A stretch of DNA of 64,000 bases from Desulfomicrobium sp. Its GTDB lineage: Bacteria; Desulfobacterota; Desulfovibrionia; Desulfovibrionales; Desulfomicrobiaceae. The notes under the pieces were generated by a model. That model did not search any database. It was not told where the DNA came from and saw only the letters and a program-made list of their open reading frames with translations. The position numbers and the translations under genes were made by a program. This document shows positions 37,028 to 45,107 of this stretch, one piece after another. The stretch is taken from NCBI GenBank assembly GCA_050252955.1, contig JBFWJY010000002.1, forward strand, positions 66,680-130,679. The letters are read 5' to 3'. Numbering within the stretch: the stretch's first letter is position 1; every line of letters begins with the position of its first letter.

Positions 37028-37248
37028 CAGGCAGCCCTCCGCGCTTCAGTCCGACCCACAAAATACTCCCTGGGACAGCCAAGGTTGATGAAATATTCGT
37101 ACACCCTGGTGCTGGTGCTGTGCCCGGTGATAAAGCGCTGGATCATTGTTCTGGACAGGCCCATTTCCCTGGCTATGTCGGCTTGCCTGACGCCATTCAG
37201 CGTCATCCACGCCTTGATCCGGCGTGCATTTTTTTCGCTCATCATCAT
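37027..37248 (-). CDS. Small HTH regulator (Ner-position)
   Basis: GVRQADIAREMGLSRTMIQRFITG. 73 aa, immediately upstream of the transposase. Confidence 0.7.
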   Translation of the reverse strand: MMMSEKNARRIKAWMTLNGVRQADIAREMGLSRTMIQRFITGHSTSTRVYEYFINLGCPREYFVGRTEARRAA

Positions 37249-37694
37249 GCTCCCAGCCTTTCTAATAGGGCGCGCTTCTTGGAGGAGCGTTTACGCTCTT
37301 CAATTAGGATCTGGCCGTATTCGGCCAGGACCATGGTCCCTTCGTCCGCCAACCCATGCCCCGTTCCATCGAGGATGGCCGAAATCATGCCGAAGTCCTG
37401 GGTGATCATGCAAAACGCAGTGGCCAGTTCCAGCGGGAACCTCCATTCGCGCTTTCCGCCCGAGCACCAGTTGTGAATATGATTCACTGAAACGGCCTCT
37501 CCGGTCAGCCTGGTCAGTTCCTGCGCCACCTCCTCCCTGGAGAGCTGGCAAGCCGCCAGTGCCTGTGTCAGCGCCTCGCGAATAGCCTCTTTTCGGCATA
37601 ACCGACCGGCACGAATGGAGTTTGTGCCGCCGGAATGCAGGGGGAGGAGGAGCTGCCTTGGAGCAGTGTCCGAGGTCGTGCGTTTTTTTGTCAT
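37245..37694 (-). CDS. First early-operon protein, putative DNA-binding regulator
   Basis: Divergent from the repressor. LSREEVAQELTRLTGEAVSVNHIHNW is HTH-like, with a faint resemblance to the CII (CP76) family. ATG at 37694; the track start at 37706 is TTG. Confidence 0.5.
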   Translation of the reverse strand: MTKKRTTSDTAPRQLLLPLHSGGTNSIRAGRLCRKEAIREALTQALAACQLSREEVAQELTRLTGEAVSVNHIHNWCSGGKREWRFPLELATAFCMITQDFGMISAILDGTGHGLADEGTMVLAEYGQILIEERKRSSKKRALLERLGA

Positions 37695-37820
37695 TGCTCG
37701 TAACAACGCTGCTTGTTAGAGGTTGTTAAATTAAGTTTTTTTGTAAACTTCATGGGAAGAGGAATAACCATCTGAAATGGTCATTGTCAATGGTCAATAG
37801 TGGTTGCTCGTGAAAAATAA
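37695..37820. promoter_or_regulatory. Divergent repressor/early promoter-operator region
   Basis: AT-rich 126-nt gap between divergent genes. Direct repeats AATGGTCA (37776, 37789) and TTGCTCGT(A/G)A (37694, 37804). GGTTGCTC recurs at 37802, 37895, 37907 and inverted at 37930. Confidence 0.55.
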
Positions 37821-38585
37821 TTGTCTACGGTGCAAAAATTGAAGAAAAATAAACAATCTGAAGTGGTTAACGCTAGCGCAACTCCGCACGAAGCGGTTGC
37901 TCAAGTGGTTGCTCAAGATGTTAAAAGTGGAGCAACCACGGTTGATGCTATTTTGGGCAGGATGAAGCTTGCCGTTGGTGTCAAAAGCGACACGGCATTC
38001 GCGAAAGCGATGGGCTTGAATCAATCTTCAGTGTCTGGGGCAAAAGAGCGGCAAAGCGTTCCGCCTGCCTGGTACGTGGCGGTCTCCGAAAATTTCGGGG
38101 CATCCATGGACTGGCTACGGACAGGTGAAGGGGAGATGAAGCGAGGCGGGGCGCAGTTCGCCAAGATTCGACCAGGTGAGAGGTGGGACGACCCGCGCCC
38201 TGGCAGCGAAGACGGCCCGCTCTGGAAGGCAGGCCTGTACCAAAGGCACAAAGAAGAGCCAGAGCCCCAGGCGTCCATATATAATGATAGCGAGGGAGAG
38301 GATTTCGATCTGGCCGAGGTGCTGGCCCAAACCTTGGACATCCTCAAATCAAAGACCGTTTACACGACGGCTATTGTAAGCAATATCAAGGCCTTTCATA
38401 AGGCCATCACCACCGAAAAGAAGATCGACGAAATGCAAGGGCAGCTGAACCAGGCCCTTTCGTCCTTCCAGGACCAGCTCGACAAGACGAACCAGCTCGT
38501 TCAAGGTCTACAGTCCGAGAACGCCCAGCTCCGGCACGACCTGGAAGAATCCCGCGCTGCATCAGCAGTTCGGGACACGGGTTAG
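37821..38585 (+). CDS. Phage repressor (CI-repressor HTH family, PF07022-like) with coiled-coil C-terminus
   Basis: VDAILGRMKLAVGVKSDTAFAKAMGLNQSSVSGAKERQSVPPAWYVAVSENFGASMDWLRTGEG. Start uncertain: TTG 37821, or in-frame GTG at 37830, 37863 or 37905. Confidence 0.75.
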   Translation: MSTVQKLKKNKQSEVVNASATPHEAVAQVVAQDVKSGATTVDAILGRMKLAVGVKSDTAFAKAMGLNQSSVSGAKERQSVPPAWYVAVSENFGASMDWLRTGEGEMKRGGAQFAKIRPGERWDDPRPGSEDGPLWKAGLYQRHKEEPEPQASIYNDSEGEDFDLAEVLAQTLDILKSKTVYTTAIVSNIKAFHKAITTEKKIDEMQGQLNQALSSFQDQLDKTNQLVQGLQSENAQLRHDLEESRAASAVRDTG

Positions 38586-38760
38586 GCTACACCACCATAG
38601 CCTCCTGATGCTACGGGCCGTCGAGAAGATCGGAAACGTGATCGACGCGCGGAAGCTTTGGGAGGAAGTAGGGCGGGCGAAAGACGGGCACACACCAGCA
38701 AAGGCCGCCTGATGTCATACATTTTAAATAGATACACAAACGAAGGGAGTATTTTTCGCT

Positions 38761-39882
38761 ATGGGAAATGTCATCATCCAGTCAGTTGACGATCTATTCG
38801 GATTCATGGCGTTAACTTTGACTGGAGAAGCGAGATGGGATGAGGTAGATCTTGATCGACTTCATGTGACTATCCCTGTGCGTGTTTACGGCCCTACTCG
38901 GGACGGCAGGATTGACCCTCCAGGCGCGCAGCTTATCCAGGATCTGCAACGACATGCCGTAAAGGCTTTTCGAGAAATTGGAGATACTACAACTGGCGGG
39001 AGAAGCACGCAACTTCGCGTCTCTGTTCAAGAAAATTGCGATTTTTGGGACATCGATGCTACTGCACTTATCAAAGAGGCAATACTCAAAATGTCTGGAG
39101 ATCAAATTACAGCTGCCATATTTTTCTTTTTAATACTTGGTGCTGGATATTTTGTTTTTAAAAAGCACCAAGATACAAAATTAGAAATTATGAAATTGCA
39201 AATTGCTTCTGATGAAAAGAAAGCGCTATACGAGCATGAAGAAAAAATGATTACAGGACTTTCTGAATTACGCGAAAAATCAGAAGAAAAAAACGGCATA
39301 GCGTTGCAAGCATTAGAGGTTTCCAAGGAGTCGCTTGCCGTTGCGCACGACTTTGCATATAAGATGATCCAAAATGCAAATTTAAGCGGAGATGATGCAC
39401 AGCGGCCTATTAGAAGGTTTTCGAAAACACTTCGAAAGAATGAGACATTATCAATCGGTGGAGAAGAAAGACTTACAAAGAGAGAGGCATTAGAAGCAAT
39501 TGGAAATATTAAAAAAGATGATTCACTTTATTATACACATGCAGATGAGACCTACGGTATTGCCGGATTAATTTTTAGCGGTGAATCTCAAGGGCTGCGA
39601 GTAATTTTTGAAGGGCAAGAATCATTTGCGATTTTGGAAAGGCTTGATGCAGACATAAAAAGTAAAATTTTAGAAATAGCCGACGAAAGTATGGAAATGA
39701 AAAGCGTTCGAAACATGCCTTTGCAGATGGATATATATTTTAAATCAAGCGGAATTAAATACGGTGTAGTTATTGGGGTTGGCCCAAAGCGTCCAAAATT
39801 AAATCACTATACTTTATCCCAGATCCCTGGAGGAGTCCCAGCAGCCGACTGGATCATCCCTGGAACAAGAGCCATTTCATAA
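38761..39882 (+). CDS. Orphan AT-rich membrane protein (prophage cargo)
   Basis: 373 aa. One central TM (ITAAIFFFLILGAGYFVF) followed by a K/E-rich coiled-coil region. Purine-rich GAAGGGAG upstream and its own terminator. No family recognised. Confidence 0.75.
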   Translation: MGNVIIQSVDDLFGFMALTLTGEARWDEVDLDRLHVTIPVRVYGPTRDGRIDPPGAQLIQDLQRHAVKAFREIGDTTTGGRSTQLRVSVQENCDFWDIDATALIKEAILKMSGDQITAAIFFFLILGAGYFVFKKHQDTKLEIMKLQIASDEKKALYEHEEKMITGLSELREKSEEKNGIALQALEVSKESLAVAHDFAYKMIQNANLSGDDAQRPIRRFSKTLRKNETLSIGGEERLTKREALEAIGNIKKDDSLYYTHADETYGIAGLIFSGESQGLRVIFEGQESFAILERLDADIKSKILEIADESMEMKSVRNMPLQMDIYFKSSGIKYGVVIGVGPKRPKLNHYTLSQIPGGVPAADWIIPGTRAIS

Positions 39883-39889
39883 TAGACGC

Positions 39890-39935
39890 GGGGATCTTAT
39901 GTCAGCGGTTCTGACATAAGATCCCCTATTTCAAA
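39890..39935 (+). terminator. Rho-independent terminator of the cargo gene
   Basis: GGGGATCTTATGTCAG-cggtt-CTGACATAAGATCCCC (16-bp perfect stem), then TATTTCAAAATT. Confidence 0.8.
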
Positions 39936-39990
39936 ATTCAAAACTAAGTGGCGCAAACCCAAAAACGCCAAAATTTAAGTGGCGCGACCA
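39931..39990. repeat. Prophage terminal repeat, repressor-proximal end (attL-equivalent)
   Basis: The reverse complement reads TGGTCGCGCCACTTAAATTTTGG-(14 nt)-GCGCCACTTAGTTTTGAATTTTGA, which mirrors the 4485-4540 end. Confidence 0.8.
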
Positions 39991-40084
39991 CCCGCGCCGC
40001 CCGCAACCAAAACTTCCCACTCAGACGCCCGCCAACCCGCTCCACTCCTCAACATCCATCCCACTATATTCCTCTATTACTCGG

Positions 40085-40295
40085 TGTATCTCGATTCAAA
40101 ACTATCTGTCGCTGCACAACCATGGCTACGCACCGAACTAGCATCCTGGCTTGGTACGACCTTCCCATATCCTCTGGGCCCATGGAAGGAACCAACAACA
40201 AGATCAAGATGCTCAAAAGACCGGCGTACGGCTACCGGGATCAGGAGTTCTTCAAACTCAGAATTCTGGGGATCATGAAACCAATTACGCTTTAA
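40085..40295 (+). pseudogene. ISL3-family transposase C-terminal remnant
   Basis: ILAWYDLPISSGPMEGTNNKIKMLKRPAYGYRDQEFFKLRI matches the conserved ISL3 transposase C-terminus; the N-terminal ~350 aa are absent. A possible IR remnant (AAACGACGAAGAACC) lies near 40365-40380. Confidence 0.7.
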
Positions 40296-40487
40296 CCGGA
40301 TGAACCAGATTTCTTCAGCTTGCATGGCAGTCCTTCTGATTGAGCTCGGTCAATTCCACATCAAACGACGAAGAACCAGAATTAAGTGATCCGAAGTTTT
40401 CCGGCAGGTCAGAACACGGTTGCACCCCGCCCTTGCCTTGAAGGGCGTGAGATCGTAGAAACACGGCCACGTACCCAGGAGCACTAC

Positions 40488-41333
40488 ATGAAGCCACCCA
40501 TTTCTTTTGGAATAAAAACCGCGATCATCCTAGCCATTTCCGTCGGATTGGCGCTGGCCTTCAACGCCACGCGCCCGGACAGACTGCCTCTGGTCCATGA
40601 TCCGGACAGCATTGCGCAAGCCGCAGCCCTACGCGGGGAAATATCGCTTACAGACGCGGCCCTTCTTTTTGAATCCGGAAAGACGGTTTTTATCGATGCG
40701 CGGGAAGCAGGCGAATTCGCCCTTGGGCATATCGAGGGAGCGTTTTCTCTTGATCCCATGATGTTTGAACAGCAATTTCCAGAACTGCGGGAGCACTTGG
40801 AGGGGGCGGCGACAATCGTCACCTATTGCGACGGGGAATTCTGCGAACTGAGCCATGAACTGGCCGAACAGCTCAGAGGCATGGGATTGCAGGATGTTCG
40901 CGTGCTCAAAAACGGCTGGACCTTGTGGCGGGAGCAAGGCCTGCCCACCGCTGTGGGCGATCAGACCGAGACGCCAAGCCCACAACTCAACGCCACCGAT
41001 ACAGAGCCGGTGGACTCGGAAGCGGGTGAAGCGCCGGGCCAGGCAGGAATGGCTCCCGAACCTGCGGACATGCCGCAATTGCCCCAGCCGCGTGAAAATG
41101 CACCAAATCAGACCGAACCGAACGGGACGGGACAGATGACCCAGCCCCCAGCGCCCTTGGAGCACCCGGACTCGGAAGCCCTGCATCCGGCACCTCTGGA
41201 GCCGGCACCGCAGGAACCGGGACTGCCGGAGCCGACGCCGCTCCAACCCACTCCCCTGGAAATGCCGTCCGAGGAACCGCAGATGCACGACGCAAACCAG
41301 CCCGATCCTGAAGCCCAGGGAGAAAAATCATGA
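40488..41333 (+). CDS. Membrane-anchored rhodanese-domain protein with Pro/Glu-rich tail
   Basis: N-terminal TM, then a rhodanese fold (FIDAREAGEFALGHIEGA...IVTYCDGEFCELS) and a low-complexity C-terminal ~110 aa. Start at MKPPISF (40488). Confidence 0.8.
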   Translation: MKPPISFGIKTAIILAISVGLALAFNATRPDRLPLVHDPDSIAQAAALRGEISLTDAALLFESGKTVFIDAREAGEFALGHIEGAFSLDPMMFEQQFPELREHLEGAATIVTYCDGEFCELSHELAEQLRGMGLQDVRVLKNGWTLWREQGLPTAVGDQTETPSPQLNATDTEPVDSEAGEAPGQAGMAPEPADMPQLPQPRENAPNQTEPNGTGQMTQPPAPLEHPDSEALHPAPLEPAPQEPGLPEPTPLQPTPLEMPSEEPQMHDANQPDPEAQGEKS

Positions 41334-41758
41334 ACGCAGCGTCCCTTGCACGGGGGTCCCGCCTGGTCCTGGCCCTGGTCTTCCTGGCCGCCGCCCCGCA
41401 AAAAATCATGGCTCCCGCCGAATTCGCCGCCAGCGTGGCCAGCTACCTCATCCTGCCGGACGCACTCATCAATTTCACGGCCCTGACCCTGCCCTGGCTG
41501 GAAATCGTCGTGGGCGTCCTGCTCGTGTTCCGCGTCTGGACAGGACAAGCCCTGCTCCTGGCCAACGCCATGCTGATCGTCTTTCTGGGCGCGATAGCAA
41601 GCGCGTATTTCCGGGGCATCGACCTGAACTGCGGATGCTTCTCAAGCTCGCCCGAAGCTACCGCGGACATGCTTTTCTACATCGTCCGCGACATCGTCTT
41701 CGTGGCCATCGGCCTGACGGCGGCTTGGCTCTACCGGCGCGGACACGATTCCGATTAA
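41330..41758 (+). CDS. MauE/DoxX-family membrane protein
   Basis: Four hydrophobic helices and a CGCF motif (DLNCGCFSS) typical of MauE-like proteins. ATGA-coupled to the rhodanese gene. Confidence 0.75.
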   Translation: MNAASLARGSRLVLALVFLAAAPQKIMAPAEFAASVASYLILPDALINFTALTLPWLEIVVGVLLVFRVWTGQALLLANAMLIVFLGAIASAYFRGIDLNCGCFSSSPEATADMLFYIVRDIVFVAIGLTAAWLYRRGHDSD

Positions 41759-43497
41759 GGTCTGCCCGCCCCTGAATCGACCAGGACGCACTCTCGCCAG
41801 CCCCGCACGGAATTGACCAGCCACAATCCCGTGCAGCGGGGCAGATCGTCCTTGCGCACCACCCCCTCCTTGACGCGGCCCTCACGCACCAATCTGGCGC
41901 GCAGAGTGCCCGGCAAAAGACCGCAGGCCATGGGCGGCGTGCGCAATTCTCCATCCAGTTCGACGACCAGATTGGCGATGGTCGATTCCGTCATCTCTCC
42001 CCGCCCGTTCCAGAGCAGCACATCGTCCACCTCCGGCGCTTGCCTCCTGGCACGATCGTAAACCTCCCGCCGCGTGGTCTTGTGGAAAAGAAACGGATCG
42101 TCCGCATCCACCGCCGTCAACGCCAGCGCCACCCGGCACGGCGACGTCGCGGGCAACGGGCGGCGCTCCAGACTCCAGGCTCCGGATCTGTCCAGGGTCA
42201 GACGCAACACCCCCTCCACGCCATCGGCCCCCAGGACCTCCGCTTCAAGCGCGTCCAGCAAGGTCGGCAGGTCCAGCTTGAAATCGAAATACGCAGCACT
42301 GCCTTGCAAACGCCGGCAATGCTCATCAAGAAGAAAAATCCCCTCGCCTTTTGTCCAGCGCATGGTTTCCAGCAGCAAAAACTCCGGGGCCGGAGCGCTG
42401 AGCACGCGGGCCTTGATCCGCGTCTCGCGGAACTCCGCCCCTGGGTCCGAATCCCAGACAATGCCCCCACCCACCCCGTACTCGGCCGTGCCCAAAAGCT
42501 TATCAACCAGCACCGTGCGGATGGCCACGTTGAAACGCGCCTTGCGGCCAGGGCTCATCACCCCGATGCTCCCGGTGTAGATGCGGCGCGGCGAGAGTTC
42601 GAGCTCATGAATGATACCCATGGTCCGGACCTTGGGCGCGCCGGTGATGGACGCGGCCGGAAACAGGGCCTCCATGACCCTCGCCGTCGGCTCCAGCGTG
42701 CGACCACGCACCAGGGAGGTGAGCTGCCAGAGCGTCGGATAACGCTCCACGCGGAAAAGTTCGGGCACGTGCACGCACCCGGGAAGGCAGACCCGGCCTA
42801 GGTCGTTTCTGACCATATCGACGATCATCACATTTTCCGCCCGCTCTTTTTCCGAAACCTCCAGCGCCCGGGCCAAAGCCTGATCCTCTTCGGGCCAGCG
42901 TCCTCTCGGAGCCGTGCCTTTCATGGGGCGGGACCAGACATCCTCTCCCTCCCGTTCAAAAAACATCTCCGACGATGCGCTGCAGACGGCGAAATCGGCA
43001 GTCTCGATGAACGCCGCGTACGGCGAAGGCTGGCGGCGGACGAGGCCCAGGAAGAGATCCCAGGGAGCCTCGCCAAAACGGGCGCGCAGTCGATGCGTGA
43101 AGTTTACTTGATAGGTCTCGCCCCGGGCCAGATACTCGTGGATGCGTTTCAGGGCGCGGCCATGGGCGCAGGCGTCCAGTTCCGAAACCCAATCCAGGTC
43201 GGCGACGGAAGTCGCAGTCCCTGGCGTCACGAGGACGGGGTCGTCGAACAGTCCGAACCAAGCCAGGGGAAACGCCCCGCAGGACGAGTCGGGCATGGCC
43301 GGATCAAAGGCGCGTCCCGCCTCATAGGCCAAAAATCCCACGGCATGAAGCCCGCGTCTTTCCGCTTCCGCTTCCAGGTGGGCGATGAGCGAAGGCACTT
43401 CGTCATGCCTGTGGGCCACAAAAATGGCCCGGGGACGCTCATAGCGCACCCAGGCCGAATGTTCAGCGGAATATAAGACTGCGACGGGCATGGACAA
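41755..43497 (-). CDS. pabB: Aminodeoxychorismate synthase component I fused to class-IV aminotransferase (PabB-PabC-like)
   Basis: Chorismate-binding motifs SITGAPKVRTMGIIHELE, YTGSIG and GGGIVWDSDP, followed by a ~200-aa class-IV aminotransferase-like C-terminal domain. Confidence 0.8.
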   Translation of the reverse strand: MSMPVAVLYSAEHSAWVRYERPRAIFVAHRHDEVPSLIAHLEAEAERRGLHAVGFLAYEAGRAFDPAMPDSSCGAFPLAWFGLFDDPVLVTPGTATSVADLDWVSELDACAHGRALKRIHEYLARGETYQVNFTHRLRARFGEAPWDLFLGLVRRQPSPYAAFIETADFAVCSASSEMFFEREGEDVWSRPMKGTAPRGRWPEEDQALARALEVSEKERAENVMIVDMVRNDLGRVCLPGCVHVPELFRVERYPTLWQLTSLVRGRTLEPTARVMEALFPAASITGAPKVRTMGIIHELELSPRRIYTGSIGVMSPGRKARFNVAIRTVLVDKLLGTAEYGVGGGIVWDSDPGAEFRETRIKARVLSAPAPEFLLLETMRWTKGEGIFLLDEHCRRLQGSAAYFDFKLDLPTLLDALEAEVLGADGVEGVLRLTLDRSGAWSLERRPLPATSPCRVALALTAVDADDPFLFHKTTRREVYDRARRQAPEVDDVLLWNGRGEMTESTIANLVVELDGELRTPPMACGLLPGTLRARLVREGRVKEGVVRKDDLPRCTGLWLVNSVRGWRECVLVDSGAGRP

Positions 43498-43612
43498 GCC
43501 CTATCTTGCGCCCCGACGCAGCGCAACAGGGCAGGAAATCAGCGGTTGTTGGTCAGGCGCTTGAGCAGCCCGGGTTGGCCGCCGCTTGGCCTGCTGAAAA
43601 AGCGGCACAAGG

Positions 43613-43655
43613 AAAAAAACCACGACCGGAAGGCGCCAGTTCCTCCCGGTCGTGG
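43613..43655 (-). terminator. Rho-independent terminator
   Basis: Minus strand CCACGACCGG-(16 nt)-CCGGTCGTGG followed by TTTTTTT, downstream of the small ORF at 43682-43819. Confidence 0.7.
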
Positions 43656-43681
43656 ATACGCGAAAGCCGGACCATCCGGAG

Positions 43682-43819
43682 TCAGGCAATCACGAAGGCC
43701 ACAAGCTGCCCCATGAACTGCACGACATCGGAAACCTGATTCATAAGTGTATCGCTCCAGCCATAAGCAACAAGAGTCGCCATCCCTGCTAGCCAGAAAA
43801 GGTAACATATCTGCTTCAT
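43682..43819 (-). CDS. 45-aa small membrane protein
   Basis: MKQICYLFWLAGMATLVAYGW... preceded by a strong SD (GAGGGGG) and followed by a terminator. Lies in an AT-rich patch. Confidence 0.5.
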   Translation of the reverse strand: MKQICYLFWLAGMATLVAYGWSDTLMNQVSDVVQFMGQLVAFVIA

Positions 43820-44137
43820 GACATTTCCCCCTCGAAAATCTTGATAAGCCTGGCGCCATTGCCGGGCCTTGGACTTTCCCATGAGCAAGGGCCGTGCCTG
43901 AGCGATCATCGAGGGCAACATATTGTCCTGACAGGAATTTTCAGCCTTGTGCCCGAATTATGAGTATTTTGATCAAAAAGCCTTGCGCAAAGACCGTACG
44001 GAGTGCGCAAAACTTCTCTCACTACCCAGACATTTCAAACGGACTTGGCAAAAAATTCTTCCGAAACTTACCTCCTCCATGGAAAAATATTGCAAAAACT
44101 CATTATATTCAGATCGACTGGCCATACATATCAGACG

Positions 44138-44992
44138 TCATTTTTTTGCGTCGGCCCGCTCGCTCAACAATTCATCCAAAAGCTGTCCCAAACGCTCGAG
44201 ATGTGACTTTTCCTCGCTGGCGATCTGTTCGAGAATGCTTCGATTCTGGTCGTTTTGGGTCCAGGCGGCGGAACGCATGTACAGATCCAGGGCCTGGGCC
44301 TCGATGGACATGGCCATGGACACGACGTCCACGGGACTGTCCATGTCGGGCTTGAAGCGCTCCAGGTATTCCTGGGTGGTCATCCCCCCCTCCATGAGCG
44401 GAGTGACGAACTGGCATTCGAAAGCGCCGCGATCGTCCTTGCCGGTCAGCCTGGTGTACTCGGCGAAAAGACGGTCCTTGTGCTTGATTTCGATGTCGGC
44501 CAGCAGCTTGAAGACGCTTTTGATCTTCTCGTCGTAGGCACGATTGACCATGCGCAAATAAAAATCGCGCAGCCCGTCTTCCAGGGAATAGGCCGTGGCC
44601 AGGATCGATTCCGCGCTGTCCAGTTCCGCGAAGAGGTCGATTCCCTCCTCTTCCGCGCCAAAGGCAGCCTGGCCGGTCCAGGCCTTGAAACCGCCTGAAA
44701 TGTTGATGACCTGGTCGTATCCCTTGCCGGCCAGGGTCTGGGCGGCGATGCGGCTGCGGCCGCCGATGGCGCAGTAGACGAGCACCGGCTTGGAACGGTC
44801 GATCTCGGCCAGGGAATCCGTCAGCGCGGCCATGGGGATGAGCTTGGCGCCGGGTATGTGCCCCTCCTCGTATTCACCGGGCTGACGCACGTCGAGGATT
44901 GTCACGTCCTGTAAAGTCTTGTCGGACAGATAATCCCGGGCCTCGTCCGGACTCATGGACTGAACCGGAGTGAAGAATTGCTTCCAGCGCAT
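44138..44992 (-). CDS. Rhodanese / ferritin-like (rubrerythrin-type) fusion protein
   Basis: Rhodanese region ([18 protein letters not shown], active-site loop YCAIGGRS), then two ExxH pairs (DIEIKH, EEKSH) typical of di-iron four-helix bundles. ATG at 44992 is preceded by GAGGAGG. Confidence 0.75.
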   Translation of the reverse strand: MRWKQFFTPVQSMSPDEARDYLSDKTLQDVTILDVRQPGEYEEGHIPGAKLIPMAALTDSLAEIDRSKPVLVYCAIGGRSRIAAQTLAGKGYDQVINISGGFKAWTGQAAFGAEEEGIDLFAELDSAESILATAYSLEDGLRDFYLRMVNRAYDEKIKSVFKLLADIEIKHKDRLFAEYTRLTGKDDRGAFECQFVTPLMEGGMTTQEYLERFKPDMDSPVDVVSMAMSIEAQALDLYMRSAAWTQNDQNRSILEQIASEEKSHLERLGQLLDELLSERADAKK

Positions 44993-45081
44993 AGTGAACC
45001 TCCTCAATTTTTGTATCGTTTCACCATGCCCCTTGATCAGGAAAAACTCAATACGACCGGCGCATTGACAACGCCTCAGCA

Positions 45082-45107
45082 ATATCGTATTTTTACGATA
45101 TACGATA
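45082..45107. promoter_or_regulatory. Candidate ArsR-family operator
   Basis: Perfect inverted repeat ATATCGTA-tttt-TACGATAT (45082-45101), with the half-site TACGATA repeated in tandem (45101-45107). It lies 21 nt upstream of the arsR-like ATG, in a divergent intergenic region. Confidence 0.55.

Larger units (their letters stand above)
4485..39990 (-). mobile_element. Mu-like transposable prophage (~35.5 kb)
   Basis: Module order: repressor / early regulators / DDE transposase / AAA+ B / early genes / GemA / Mor-C / lysis / DUF3486-TerL-portal-MuF / capsid / sheath-tube-TMP / Mu gp44-48-like baseplate / fibre. Bounded by inverted terminal repeats outlined TG...CA. Ends are approximate (+/-15 nt). 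Confidence 0.85.

Noticed and set aside
39948-40295. 115-aa ORF as an intact gene.
   Set aside because: Its 5' part lies inside the phage terminal repeat and flanking DNA, and only the last ~55 aa resemble an ISL3 transposase C-terminus. It is treated as an IS remnant.
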